Made by a program: the position numbers and the translations under genes
NCBI GenBank assembly: GCA_964517325.1
Contig: CAZFBV010000001.1
Location: forward strand, 39,310-103,309
Reading direction: 5' to 3'
DNA from: an uncultured Gammaproteobacteria bacterium
Lineage (GTDB): Bacteria; Patescibacteriota; Patescibacteriia; Patescibacteriales; UBA12465
Length of the DNA: 64,000 nt
Part shown: positions 19,804 through 28,475 of the stretch, piece after piece
Numbering within the stretch: position 1 is the stretch's first letter
Layout of the letters: the number at the start of each line of letters is the position of its first letter
Notes under the pieces: generated by a model
Told to the model about the DNA's origin: nothing
What the model saw: the letters and a program-made list of their open reading frames with translations, nothing else
The model's database searches: none

Positions 19804-21636
19804 ATGACTTCAAGGGAACTCCGCCAAAAATATTTGGATTTTTTCAAGAGCTATGGTCACGCCGTGATCTCGAGCGCCTCTTTGATTCCGGAAAATGATC
19901 CGACAGTATTATTCACGACTGCCGGCATGCATCCGCTCGTTCCTTATCTCTTGGGCGAGAAGCATCCGGCCGGCCAGCGCCTGACTGACGCGCAGAAATG
20001 CATCCGCACCGGCGATATTGATGAGGTCGGCGACGCGACTCATCATACTTTTTTTGAAATGTTGGGCAACTGGTCATTGGGAGATTATTTCAAGAAAGAA
20101 GCTATCAATTTCAGCTGGGAGTTCTTGACCAGCGATAAATGGCTCGGCCTGGATAAGAATCGTTTGGCTGTTTCCGTCTTTAAGGGTGATGAAGACGCGC
20201 CTTTCGACGAGGAAGCTTATAGCTTATGGTCGGAAATATTTCAAGCGAATAATCTGCCATTAGAACGGATCGCTAAATTGCCTAAGAAGAATAATTGGTG
20301 GGGACCGGCCGGCATAACCGGACCGTGCGGACCTGATACGGAAATTTTTTATTGGACCGGTGACGCTACTCGTATCCCCGGCAGCTTTAATGATGATAAT
20401 GATTCCTGGGTAGAGATCTGGAATAACGTCTTCATGCAATATAATAAGAATGCTGCCGGAAAATTTGAACCTTTAGTCCAGAAAAATGTGGACACTGGCT
20501 TGGGTCTGGAAAGAGTGCTGGCTGTCATGAACGGTTTGGATGATAATTATAAGACTGATTTGTTTATCGATATTATTAAGGAAATAGAACGGGTGAGTGG
20601 TCATAAATATAATGAAACGCCGGAAATAATGCGTGCCATGCGCATCATCGCCGACCATTTAAAGGCCGCGACTTTCATCATTGGCGATCCCCGCGGCGTC
20701 ACTCCGTCCAATACCGATCAGGGATATATCGTCAGACGCTTAATTAGGCGTGCGATTATGCAAGGGAAAAAGATAGGAATAAGCGAGTATAACCCCACAT
20801 GGACATCGTATATAGCTTATTTGGTAGCAAATAACTATACCCATGTTTACCCAGAAATAAAAAATAATCTTAGCTTTATTTCTAGCGAACTCACCAAGGA
20901 AACATTGAAATTTCAAAAAACCTTGGAAAAAGGCTTGATCGAATTCAATAAATTATCAGCTGACTGTATCAGCGGGGAAGAAGCTTTCAATCTTTATCAG
21001 AGTTATGGCTTTCCGCTAGAGATAACTGAAGAATTAGCTAAAGAAAAGGGCGTTACTATTGATCGCGCCGGTTTTGAAGCTGAACTTAAGAAGCACCAAG
21101 ACCTATCTCGCACCGCTTCGGCCGGAAAATTTAAGGGCGGTCTGGCCGACGCCGGCGAAGAAACTGTTAAGCTGCATACGGCCGCGCATCTGCTTTTGGC
21201 TGCTTTGCGCCGCGTGCTGGGCGACCATGTCCTGCAGAAGGGCGCCAATATCACCCCTGAGCGCTTGCGTTTGGATTTTTCCCATCCAGAGAAGATGACG
21301 CCTGATCAGATCAAACAGGTTGAGGATCTCGTTAATGAAGCTATTAAGAGCGATTTTAAAGTCATCTGCGAAGAATTAACCCTAGAAGAAGCGAAAAAGC
21401 GGGGCGCTATGGGAGTTTTTGATTCTAAATATGGAGAAAAAGTTAAGGTTTATACAGTCTGCCATCTGGGCGAAGGGCATAGTCTTTCTCCGGAATCCTT
21501 GAAATCGGCCTTTTCGCAAGAAATCTGCGGCGGTCCTCATGTTGAGAATACGCAAATATTAGGTCATTTTTCTATTGTAAAAGAAGAGGCTTCAAGCGCC
21601 GGCGTTAGGAGAATTAAAGCTATTTTAACAAAATAA
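19804..21636 (+). CDS. alaS: alanine--tRNA ligase, short form (no C-Ala domain)
   Basis: 610 aa. FTTAGMHPLVPY, editing-domain HTAAHLL and CGGPHV. The ORF ends about 30 aa after CGGPHV. Confidence 0.9.
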   Translation: MTSRELRQKYLDFFKSYGHAVISSASLIPENDPTVLFTTAGMHPLVPYLLGEKHPAGQRLTDAQKCIRTGDIDEVGDATHHTFFEMLGNWSLGDYFKKEAINFSWEFLTSDKWLGLDKNRLAVSVFKGDEDAPFDEEAYSLWSEIFQANNLPLERIAKLPKKNNWWGPAGITGPCGPDTEIFYWTGDATRIPGSFNDDNDSWVEIWNNVFMQYNKNAAGKFEPLVQKNVDTGLGLERVLAVMNGLDDNYKTDLFIDIIKEIERVSGHKYNETPEIMRAMRIIADHLKAATFIIGDPRGVTPSNTDQGYIVRRLIRRAIMQGKKIGISEYNPTWTSYIAYLVANNYTHVYPEIKNNLSFISSELTKETLKFQKTLEKGLIEFNKLSADCISGEEAFNLYQSYGFPLEITEELAKEKGVTIDRAGFEAELKKHQDLSRTASAGKFKGGLADAGEETVKLHTAAHLLLAALRRVLGDHVLQKGANITPERLRLDFSHPEKMTPDQIKQVEDLVNEAIKSDFKVICEELTLEEAKKRGAMGVFDSKYGEKVKVYTVCHLGEGHSLSPESLKSAFSQEICGGPHVENTQILGHFSIVKEEASSAGVRRIKAILTK

Positions 21637-21645
21637 TCCTGTCTA

Positions 21646-21674
21646 TTGACAACTTCCAAACTTATCTCTATAAT
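21646..21674 (+). promoter_or_regulatory. consensus sigma70 promoter for the infA-rplQ cluster
   Basis: Perfect TTGACA (21646-21651), 17-nt spacer, perfect TATAAT (21669-21674). Confidence 0.75.
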
Positions 21675-21724
21675 AATTTTATTAAGATCAAGCGAAAAAA
21701 TATCTTAAATAATTTTTAAAGAAT

Positions 21725-21763
21725 TTTGATAAAACGCTTTTTTGGCCTTTATCAAATTTTTTT
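21725..21763 (+). promoter_or_regulatory. terminator-like hairpin plus T7 run in the infA leader
   Basis: tttgataaa / tttatcaaa 9-bp A/T stem, 14-nt loop, then ttttttt abutting the infA start region. Confidence 0.45.
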
Positions 21764-21769
21764 GTGTTA

Positions 21770-22027
21770 ATGTCAAACGAAAAAGAAAATAATAACGACG
21801 GTTCCGCCACGCTCAACGCTAAAGATTTCATTGAAATGCAGGGCGAAGTGTTGGAACTGATGCCCGCGGCCAGCTTTAAGGTCGGCTTGGAAAATGGGCA
21901 TGAAATCTTAGCTCATCTATCGGGAAAAATGCGGATGAATAAGATTCGTTTGCTTCCGGGTGATAAGGTCAAGCTGCAGATCAGCCCCTATGACCTGACC
22001 AAGGGCCGGATAACTTATCGCATGTAA
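21770..22027 (+). CDS. infA: translation initiation factor IF-1
   Basis: S1-like fold signature [16 protein letters not shown]...[17 protein letters not shown] 21770 (track GTG 21764). Confidence 0.9.
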   Translation: MSNEKENNNDGSATLNAKDFIEMQGEVLELMPAASFKVGLENGHEILAHLSGKMRMNKIRLLPGDKVKLQISPYDLTKGRITYRM

Positions 22028-22054
22028 TTCACGTTAATTAGATAAATCTTTTAT

Positions 22055-22168
22055 ATGAAAGTAAGAGCCAGCGCTAAAAAAATTTGTAAAGATTGCAAAG
22101 TGGTCCGCCGCAAAGGCTGCGTCCACGTTATTTGCAAGAATCCTAAACATAAACAAAGACAAGGTTAA
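22055..22168 (+). CDS. rpmJ: ribosomal protein bL36 (zinc-binding form)
   Basis: Not in the ORF track because it is under 60 aa. Hand translation: [37 protein letters not shown]. Canonical infA-rpmJ-rpsM position. Confidence 0.9.
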   Translation: MKVRASAKKICKDCKVVRRKGCVHVICKNPKHKQRQG

Positions 22169-22180
22169 TCTTTTAATATT

Positions 22181-22576
22181 ATGGCAGTAAGAATCGCGGG
22201 AGTTAACATCCCTAATGACAAGAGAATCGAAATCGCTCTGACTTATATCCACGGCATCGGAACTACTCGGGCCGCTAAGATTTTGGCTGACGCCAAGGTC
22301 GATAAGGATACTAGAGTCAAGGATTTGAAAGAAACTGAAGTGAATGCGCTTCGGGAAATCGTCGAAAAGAAATATACGGTTGAAGGCGATCTGCGCCGCG
22401 AGGTTCAGAGCAATATCAAGCGTTTAAGAGAAATCGGCTGCTATCGCGGCTTGCGCCACGCCAAGCATCTTCCGGTTCGCGGACAGCGCACTAAGACCAA
22501 TAGCCGCACGGTTAGAGGCAACAAGCGCGTGACCATGGGCAGCGGCAAGAGCAAGGCCGGCTTACAGAAGACTTAA
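22181..22576 (+). CDS. rpsM: ribosomal protein uS13
   Basis: 131 aa. [15 protein letters not shown] start; operon position. Confidence 0.92.
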   Translation: MAVRIAGVNIPNDKRIEIALTYIHGIGTTRAAKILADAKVDKDTRVKDLKETEVNALREIVEKKYTVEGDLRREVQSNIKRLREIGCYRGLRHAKHLPVRGQRTKTNSRTVRGNKRVTMGSGKSKAGLQKT

Positions 22577-22613
22577 TCCAATAATTTGAGCATTACGAAC
22601 TAAGAATTAAATT

Positions 22614-23180
22614 ATGTCAGAAGAAGTAAAAAAAGAAGAAGCCCCGATAATCGGCGGAACCAATAAAGAAGAAGCTAGCGAGCCTAAGGAAGAAAAAGAG
22701 GCCCCGGAGTTTTCTTTCGATTCAGCTGTCGAGGAATTGCCTGAAGAAATCAAGCAGAAATTGGAAAAGAATAAGGCTGCCAGGGCGAAAAAGAAGCTGA
22801 TCAAGAAGAAAAAGAAGAAGACCGCTAAGGTCGTCAAGATCGGCCGCGCTTATATCCAGGCGACTTATAACAACACCATGATCACCCTGACTGATACCAA
22901 CGGCGACGTGATTTCTTGGGCTAGCGCCGGTCTGGCCGGTTTCAAGGGCGCTAAGAAAGCGACTCCTTATGCCGCCCAGATTATCACTAAGATCGCTTCT
23001 CAAAAAGCCAGGGAAGAATATGGATTGGAAGAAGTGAGCGTTTTTGTTTCCGGCGTCGGCACCGGTCGTGAAGCGGCTATCCGCGCTTTGAACGCCAACG
23101 GCCTCAATGTCACTTCTATCAAGGATATGACCTCTGTGCCTCACAACGGCTGCCGTCCGAAGAAACCGAGAAGAGTCTAA
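22614..23180 (+). CDS. rpsK: ribosomal protein uS11 with a ~70-aa charged N-terminal extension
   Basis: Core [19 protein letters not shown]...[11 protein letters not shown], preceded by an E/K-rich low-complexity segment ending [14 protein letters not shown]. Confidence 0.9.
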   Translation: MSEEVKKEEAPIIGGTNKEEASEPKEEKEAPEFSFDSAVEELPEEIKQKLEKNKAARAKKKLIKKKKKKTAKVVKIGRAYIQATYNNTMITLTDTNGDVISWASAGLAGFKGAKKATPYAAQIITKIASQKAREEYGLEEVSVFVSGVGTGREAAIRALNANGLNVTSIKDMTSVPHNGCRPKKPRRV

Positions 23181-23224
23181 TCATAATTATAAAAAAGACA
23201 TAAAGTCATTAACGATACAAAGCT

Positions 23225-23854
23225 ATGGGAAGAAATATTGACAGCAAATGCAGCCAGTGCCGCCGTTCCGGTGAGAAGCTGTTCTTAAAAGGAGACCGCT
23301 GTTCCACTCCGAAATGCGCGATGATCAAGCGCAACTACGCTCCTGGTTTTCATGGTCCTAAGGGCCGCAAGCGCTCAAGCGATTACGGAGCTCAGTTAGC
23401 GGAAAAACAGAAAGCCAAGAAATTCTACGGCTTATTGGAAAAGCAATTCCGCTTGACTCTGGAGAAGGCCTCTAAGAAGCAGGGCGATGCCGGTAAGAAT
23501 TTTCTGCGCGCTTTGGAAATGCGTTTGGATAACGTCGTCTATCGCTTAGGCTGGGCCGCATCTCGCGCAGCTGCCCGCCAATTGGTCAATCATGGCCATT
23601 TCACTGTCGACGGTCGCAAGGCTGATATCCCGTCTTTCTCCGTCAAAGCCGGCCAGACTATCAAAGTCAAGAAGAATAGCGCCAATAGCCCTTACTTCAA
23701 GAAAGCCGTCGAGCATCTGAAGAAAGCGGATCGCCCGAGCTGGCTGAATTTCGATGTTAAAGATTTGAGCGCCAAGGTCTTGCATGAGCCGAAAGACGCG
23801 GATTTGCCTCAGAATATCAACGTCCAAGTTATCATTGAGTATTACTCGAAATAA
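23225..23854 (+). CDS. rpsD: ribosomal protein uS4 (Cys-cluster form)
   Basis: 209 aa. CSQCRRSGEKLFLKGDRCSTPKC and S4 domain RLDNVVYRLGWA. Confidence 0.92.
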   Translation: MGRNIDSKCSQCRRSGEKLFLKGDRCSTPKCAMIKRNYAPGFHGPKGRKRSSDYGAQLAEKQKAKKFYGLLEKQFRLTLEKASKKQGDAGKNFLRALEMRLDNVVYRLGWAASRAAARQLVNHGHFTVDGRKADIPSFSVKAGQTIKVKKNSANSPYFKKAVEHLKKADRPSWLNFDVKDLSAKVLHEPKDADLPQNINVQVIIEYYSK

Positions 23855-23895
23855 TCTCAAATAATATAGGCAGCTCGCCTGTATACATAAAAAAT

Positions 23896-24705
23896 ATGCA
23901 AAACATCGCATTGCCAAAAAAAATCGAATTCAAAGCCGGTAAGGATCTCCATGAAGGGATCGTTACGGTCGAACCTTTATTTCCGGGTTACGGCATGACT
24001 TTGGGCAACTCTCTGCGCCGCGTTCTCTTATCCTCTCTCCCGGGAGCCGCTGTCATTGGCGCCAAGATCAAGGGTGCCAGTCATGAATTCATGGCGCTGC
24101 CTCATGTTAAGGAAGACGTTTTGGAAATCTTATTGAATTTGAAGCAACTGCGCTTGAAAACTTTTACGGAAGAAGAAGTGCGCTTGGAATTGAAGGTTAA
24201 GGGCAAGAAGACCGTCAAGGCGAGCGATATCACCAAGAACTCCGAAGTCGAGATCAAGAATCCGGAATTAGTTATCGCCCATATCACCGATGAAGCCGGC
24301 AGCCTGGATATAGAAATAACCGTGCAGGAAGGTCGCGGCTATAAGATGTCTGAAAATGTGAAGAAAGATGCCCGTGAAATCGGTTATATCGAGATCGATT
24401 CCGTCTTTTCTCCGGTTACTCTCGTCAGCATCAGCGTGGAAAATACCCGCGTCGGCAAGATGACTAACTGGGATAAATTAGTTTTAGATATCAAGACTGA
24501 CGGCACTATCACTGCTGAAAACGCCTTTGACGAAGCGGTTAAGATCCTGGTCGATCAATACTCCTCATTCTTGGCTCTTTCCGGTCAGAAGGAAGATAAG
24601 GCGGCCGTCGCAGAAGCTATAGCCGAAAAAACTGAAGAAGTCGAGGAAGCTAAGGAAGAGAAGGCTGAAAAGAAAGAGAAGAAAGCTAAAAAAATTAAGA
24701 AATAA
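23896..24705 (+). CDS. rpoA: DNA-directed RNA polymerase alpha subunit, N-terminal domain only plus charged tail
   Basis: 269 aa. GYGMTLGNSLRRVLLSSLPGAAV alpha-NTD signature. The last ~45 aa are E/K/A low complexity, and no helix-hairpin-helix alpha-CTD sequence is present. Confidence 0.88.
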   Translation: MQNIALPKKIEFKAGKDLHEGIVTVEPLFPGYGMTLGNSLRRVLLSSLPGAAVIGAKIKGASHEFMALPHVKEDVLEILLNLKQLRLKTFTEEEVRLELKVKGKKTVKASDITKNSEVEIKNPELVIAHITDEAGSLDIEITVQEGRGYKMSENVKKDAREIGYIEIDSVFSPVTLVSISVENTRVGKMTNWDKLVLDIKTDGTITAENAFDEAVKILVDQYSSFLALSGQKEDKAAVAEAIAEKTEEVEEAKEEKAEKKEKKAKKIKK

Positions 24706-24729
24706 TTCGTAAATCGTAATTGAACTGAT

Positions 24730-25080
24730 ATGCGTCACAGAAACAAAAACAAGATCTTGGATCGCCAGAAAGGTCCGCGCGAACTGATGCTTCGTAATCT
24801 AGCTTCTAGTATTTTAATATACGAGAAAGTCAAGACGACTAAAGCTAAAGCGGCTGCCGTCCGTCCTTTGGTGGAAAAGATGATCACTTCTTCCAAAGCG
24901 GGAGACTTGGCTACCCGCCGCGGCTTAATCAAAGTCTTATTGCAGAAGAATGCCGTCAAGAAGGCGATCGAAGTGCTCGGCGTCCGCTATAAGAACCGCC
25001 CGGGCGGCTATACCCGCACTACTAAATTAGGCACCAGGCCTGGCGATGGCGCGGAAATGGTCCAGATCGAATTAGTATAA
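24730..25080 (+). CDS. rplQ: ribosomal protein bL17
   Basis: 116 aa. MRHRNKNKILDRQKGPR start. Follows rpoA. Confidence 0.9.
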   Translation: MRHRNKNKILDRQKGPRELMLRNLASSILIYEKVKTTKAKAAAVRPLVEKMITSSKAGDLATRRGLIKVLLQKNAVKKAIEVLGVRYKNRPGGYTRTTKLGTRPGDGAEMVQIELV

Positions 25081-25087
25081 ATATCAT

Positions 25088-25444
25088 ATGAAAAATATCG
25101 AAAGAAAATTACACAAGATCGATGCCACCGGCAAGACCATCGGACGCATGGCGACCAGTATCGCTCTCATCTTGAGAGGGAAGACGAAGCCGGAATATCA
25201 GGCGCATTTGGATTTGGGCGATATCGTCGAAGTTTCTAATCTCGCGAAAGCTAAATTCACCGGCAAGAAGCTCGGCCAGAAAGAATATCATCATTATTCC
25301 GGTTATCTCGGCGGTTTGAAATCCAAGAAGATGTCCGAAATGTTCGTTAAGGATCCGGGCGAAGTCTTATTCAGGGCTGTGCGCGAGATGCTTCCGCCGA
25401 CGAAGCTGCGCACCGATATGCTCAAAAGATTAATTATCAAATAA
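25088..25444 (+). CDS. rplM: ribosomal protein uL13 (short)
   Basis: 118 aa. IDATGKTIGRMAT motif; rplM-rpsI pair. Confidence 0.9.
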   Translation: MKNIERKLHKIDATGKTIGRMATSIALILRGKTKPEYQAHLDLGDIVEVSNLAKAKFTGKKLGQKEYHHYSGYLGGLKSKKMSEMFVKDPGEVLFRAVREMLPPTKLRTDMLKRLIIK

Positions 25445-25445
25445 T

Positions 25446-25955
25446 ATGGCAGAAAGAAAAGCAAAACCAGCTAAAGCTAAAGAGCTTGAGATCGGAGAAG
25501 TCCTGATCGCCGAAACTCCTTTGGAAGAAGAGAAAGAATGGGCGAAGAACGAAGTCGCTGAATTCAAAGGCAAATATATCAAAGCTGTCGGCCGCCGCAA
25601 GACTGCGGTTGCCAAAGTCCGTCTATATGAAGATGGCAAAGGTATTATCATGGTCAATGGCTTGCGTGCTAGCCAGTATTTCCCGGGTGACGGAGCCAGT
25701 TTGATTTCTCAGCCCCTGAAAGCGACCGGCCATGGCCGCGATTATAATTTTTCTGTCATCGCTCAAGGAGGCGGCAAACAGGGCCAGATCGGAGCAGTCC
25801 GCTTGGGCATCGCTCGCGCCATCTTTGCCCTTGATCCGGCCGCTAAAGAAGCTTTGAAGGCTAACGATTTCTTGACTCGCAATCCGAGACAAGTGGAAAG
25901 AAAGAAACCGGGTTTGCGCAAAGCCAGAAAGTCTCCGCAATGGAGCAAACGCTAA
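25446..25955 (+). CDS. rpsI: ribosomal protein uS9 with N-terminal extension
   Basis: 169 aa. The C-terminal ...RKARKSPQWSKR tail is typical of uS9. About 45 aa of charged N-terminal extension. Confidence 0.9.
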   Translation: MAERKAKPAKAKELEIGEVLIAETPLEEEKEWAKNEVAEFKGKYIKAVGRRKTAVAKVRLYEDGKGIIMVNGLRASQYFPGDGASLISQPLKATGHGRDYNFSVIAQGGGKQGQIGAVRLGIARAIFALDPAAKEALKANDFLTRNPRQVERKKPGLRKARKSPQWSKR

Positions 25956-25993
25956 TCTGCCAAATTACCTCTGTATTACCTCTATATACGAAA

Positions 25994-26019
25994 ACGTCCG
26001 TTCATGCGGACGTTTTTTG
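25994..26019 (+). terminator. intrinsic terminator after rpsI
   Basis: acgtccg-ttcatg-cggacgt hairpin followed by tttttt. Confidence 0.75.
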
Positions 26020-26020
26020 T

Positions 26021-26049
26021 TTGAAAATCGCCGGTTTTCCAGTTATAAT
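26021..26049 (+). promoter_or_regulatory. sigma70 promoter positioned for a (near-)leaderless MFS transcript
   Basis: TTGAAA (26021-26026), 17 nt, TATAAT (26044-26049). The ATG at 26059 lies only 9 nt after the -10 element. Confidence 0.6.
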
Positions 26050-26058
26050 AATTAATAT

Positions 26059-27282
26059 ATGAGCTTTAAAGCTTCGCGCGAAGTAAAGATAGTTTCCGTC
26101 TCTACCGCTATCCTCTGGTTCGGCTGGGGCTTTGGCGAGTCTCTGATTCCGATATTCTTGTATCAATTCGCCAATAGCTATGCCGAAACCGGCTTATTGA
26201 AATCTATCCTGGATATTATCGCTCTCTTGGTCACTCCTATCATCGGCTATTATGCCGATAAGATTTCGATTAAGAAAATGATGCTTGCCGGCACGGTGTT
26301 GTATTTTTTGGTAGCTATAAATTATTATTTCGCCGGCGCTTTGGCGATGGCTATATTCATAGTTATCGCCCGTGTCCTGAACGGCCTGTCTTGGCCCTTA
26401 ACCTGCGTCAGCCGCGAAAGCTATATCTGCAAATATACGCCGCATCGTTATATGGCGCGAGCTTTCGGTTTCTTCGACACTTTAGGAGTCATGACCTGGA
26501 TAGTCGCTGTCTGCCTGAGCTTGTTCTTGGTTAATAGGCTCGCCATCCATCAGCTTTTATTATTAGTTGCTCCGGCTGCCGTAATATCCCTGATCATCGC
26601 TTTCTTCCTGCCGAATGATACGAAATTAAAGAAGATCAAGCCTATAAAATTCAATCTTCGCCCTTATCAAGAAACGATCAAAGAAATCTGGCGCTGGCCG
26701 GTCAAGTTAAGAACCGTGATACTTTCCAGCTTCTTGATAAGCTTTGTCTCCAGCGCGTTTTTCTTCTTTATTCCGATTGAAGTTTGGAAAGAGGAGTCTA
26801 GCTTGCAACAGGTAATTATTTTAGCTATATTCTACTCTTTGCCGGAAGCTTGCGGTAATCTGTTAGGCTGGGTCATAGATAAGGTAAAAGTGAACCGTAG
26901 CCTGATTGTCAGCCTCTGCGGATTGATCGCCGCCATCATCGGCTCTATATTCTGGACTAACTTCCTCTGGCGCTTGTCCGCGTTGATCCTGGTGGGGATA
27001 TTCATAGAAACAATTGCCTTGTGCCGGCGTCAGCTGATAGCTGATTTTAACGTTAAGAATAATTTTTTGCTCTGGAAAACCCATTATAGTTTTGGCAGCA
27101 TCAGCGCCGTTTTAGATGAGATCACTAATCTCGGCGGGTTTGCCGGCATCATCCTGATCGGCCTCCTGAGCGATCTGGCCGGCTGGGTCGTTTCTCTGGG
27201 GTTATTGGCGGCGATTACGATCTTAGTATTCGGCATATTTGTCAAAAAGAAGATAATCAGCAAGAATAATATTATCGAATAA
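26059..27282 (+). CDS. MFS-type transporter
   Basis: 407 aa with ~12 hydrophobic helices. Loop motif GYYADKISIKK resembles MFS motif A. Confidence 0.6.
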   Translation: MSFKASREVKIVSVSTAILWFGWGFGESLIPIFLYQFANSYAETGLLKSILDIIALLVTPIIGYYADKISIKKMMLAGTVLYFLVAINYYFAGALAMAIFIVIARVLNGLSWPLTCVSRESYICKYTPHRYMARAFGFFDTLGVMTWIVAVCLSLFLVNRLAIHQLLLLVAPAAVISLIIAFFLPNDTKLKKIKPIKFNLRPYQETIKEIWRWPVKLRTVILSSFLISFVSSAFFFFIPIEVWKEESSLQQVIILAIFYSLPEACGNLLGWVIDKVKVNRSLIVSLCGLIAAIIGSIFWTNFLWRLSALILVGIFIETIALCRRQLIADFNVKNNFLLWKTHYSFGSISAVLDEITNLGGFAGIILIGLLSDLAGWVVSLGLLAAITILVFGIFVKKKIISKNNIIE

Positions 27283-27299
27283 TAGATCAGTGCAAAGAT

Positions 27300-28412
<1,113 letters not shown>

Positions 28413-28442
28413 ACTTTATCTTTTTTTCATCTTCGATCTGTT

Positions 28443-28475
28443 AAAATGCCGCTATTAAACTAGCGGCATTTTTTT
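28443..28475 (+). terminator. intrinsic terminator after prfB
   Basis: 9-bp stem atgccgcta / tagcggcat, 6-nt loop, T-run 28469-28475 that runs directly into the comEC ATG (28476). Confidence 0.75.

Noticed and set aside
22722-23144. Long antisense ORFs opposite ribosomal-protein genes: 22722-23144 (-), 42514-42900 (-), 46466-46939 (-), 34922-35359 (-) and 43108-43404 (-).
   Set aside because: Each lies fully inside a confidently identified conserved gene on the + strand. They have no start context or motifs and look like typical shadow ORFs.
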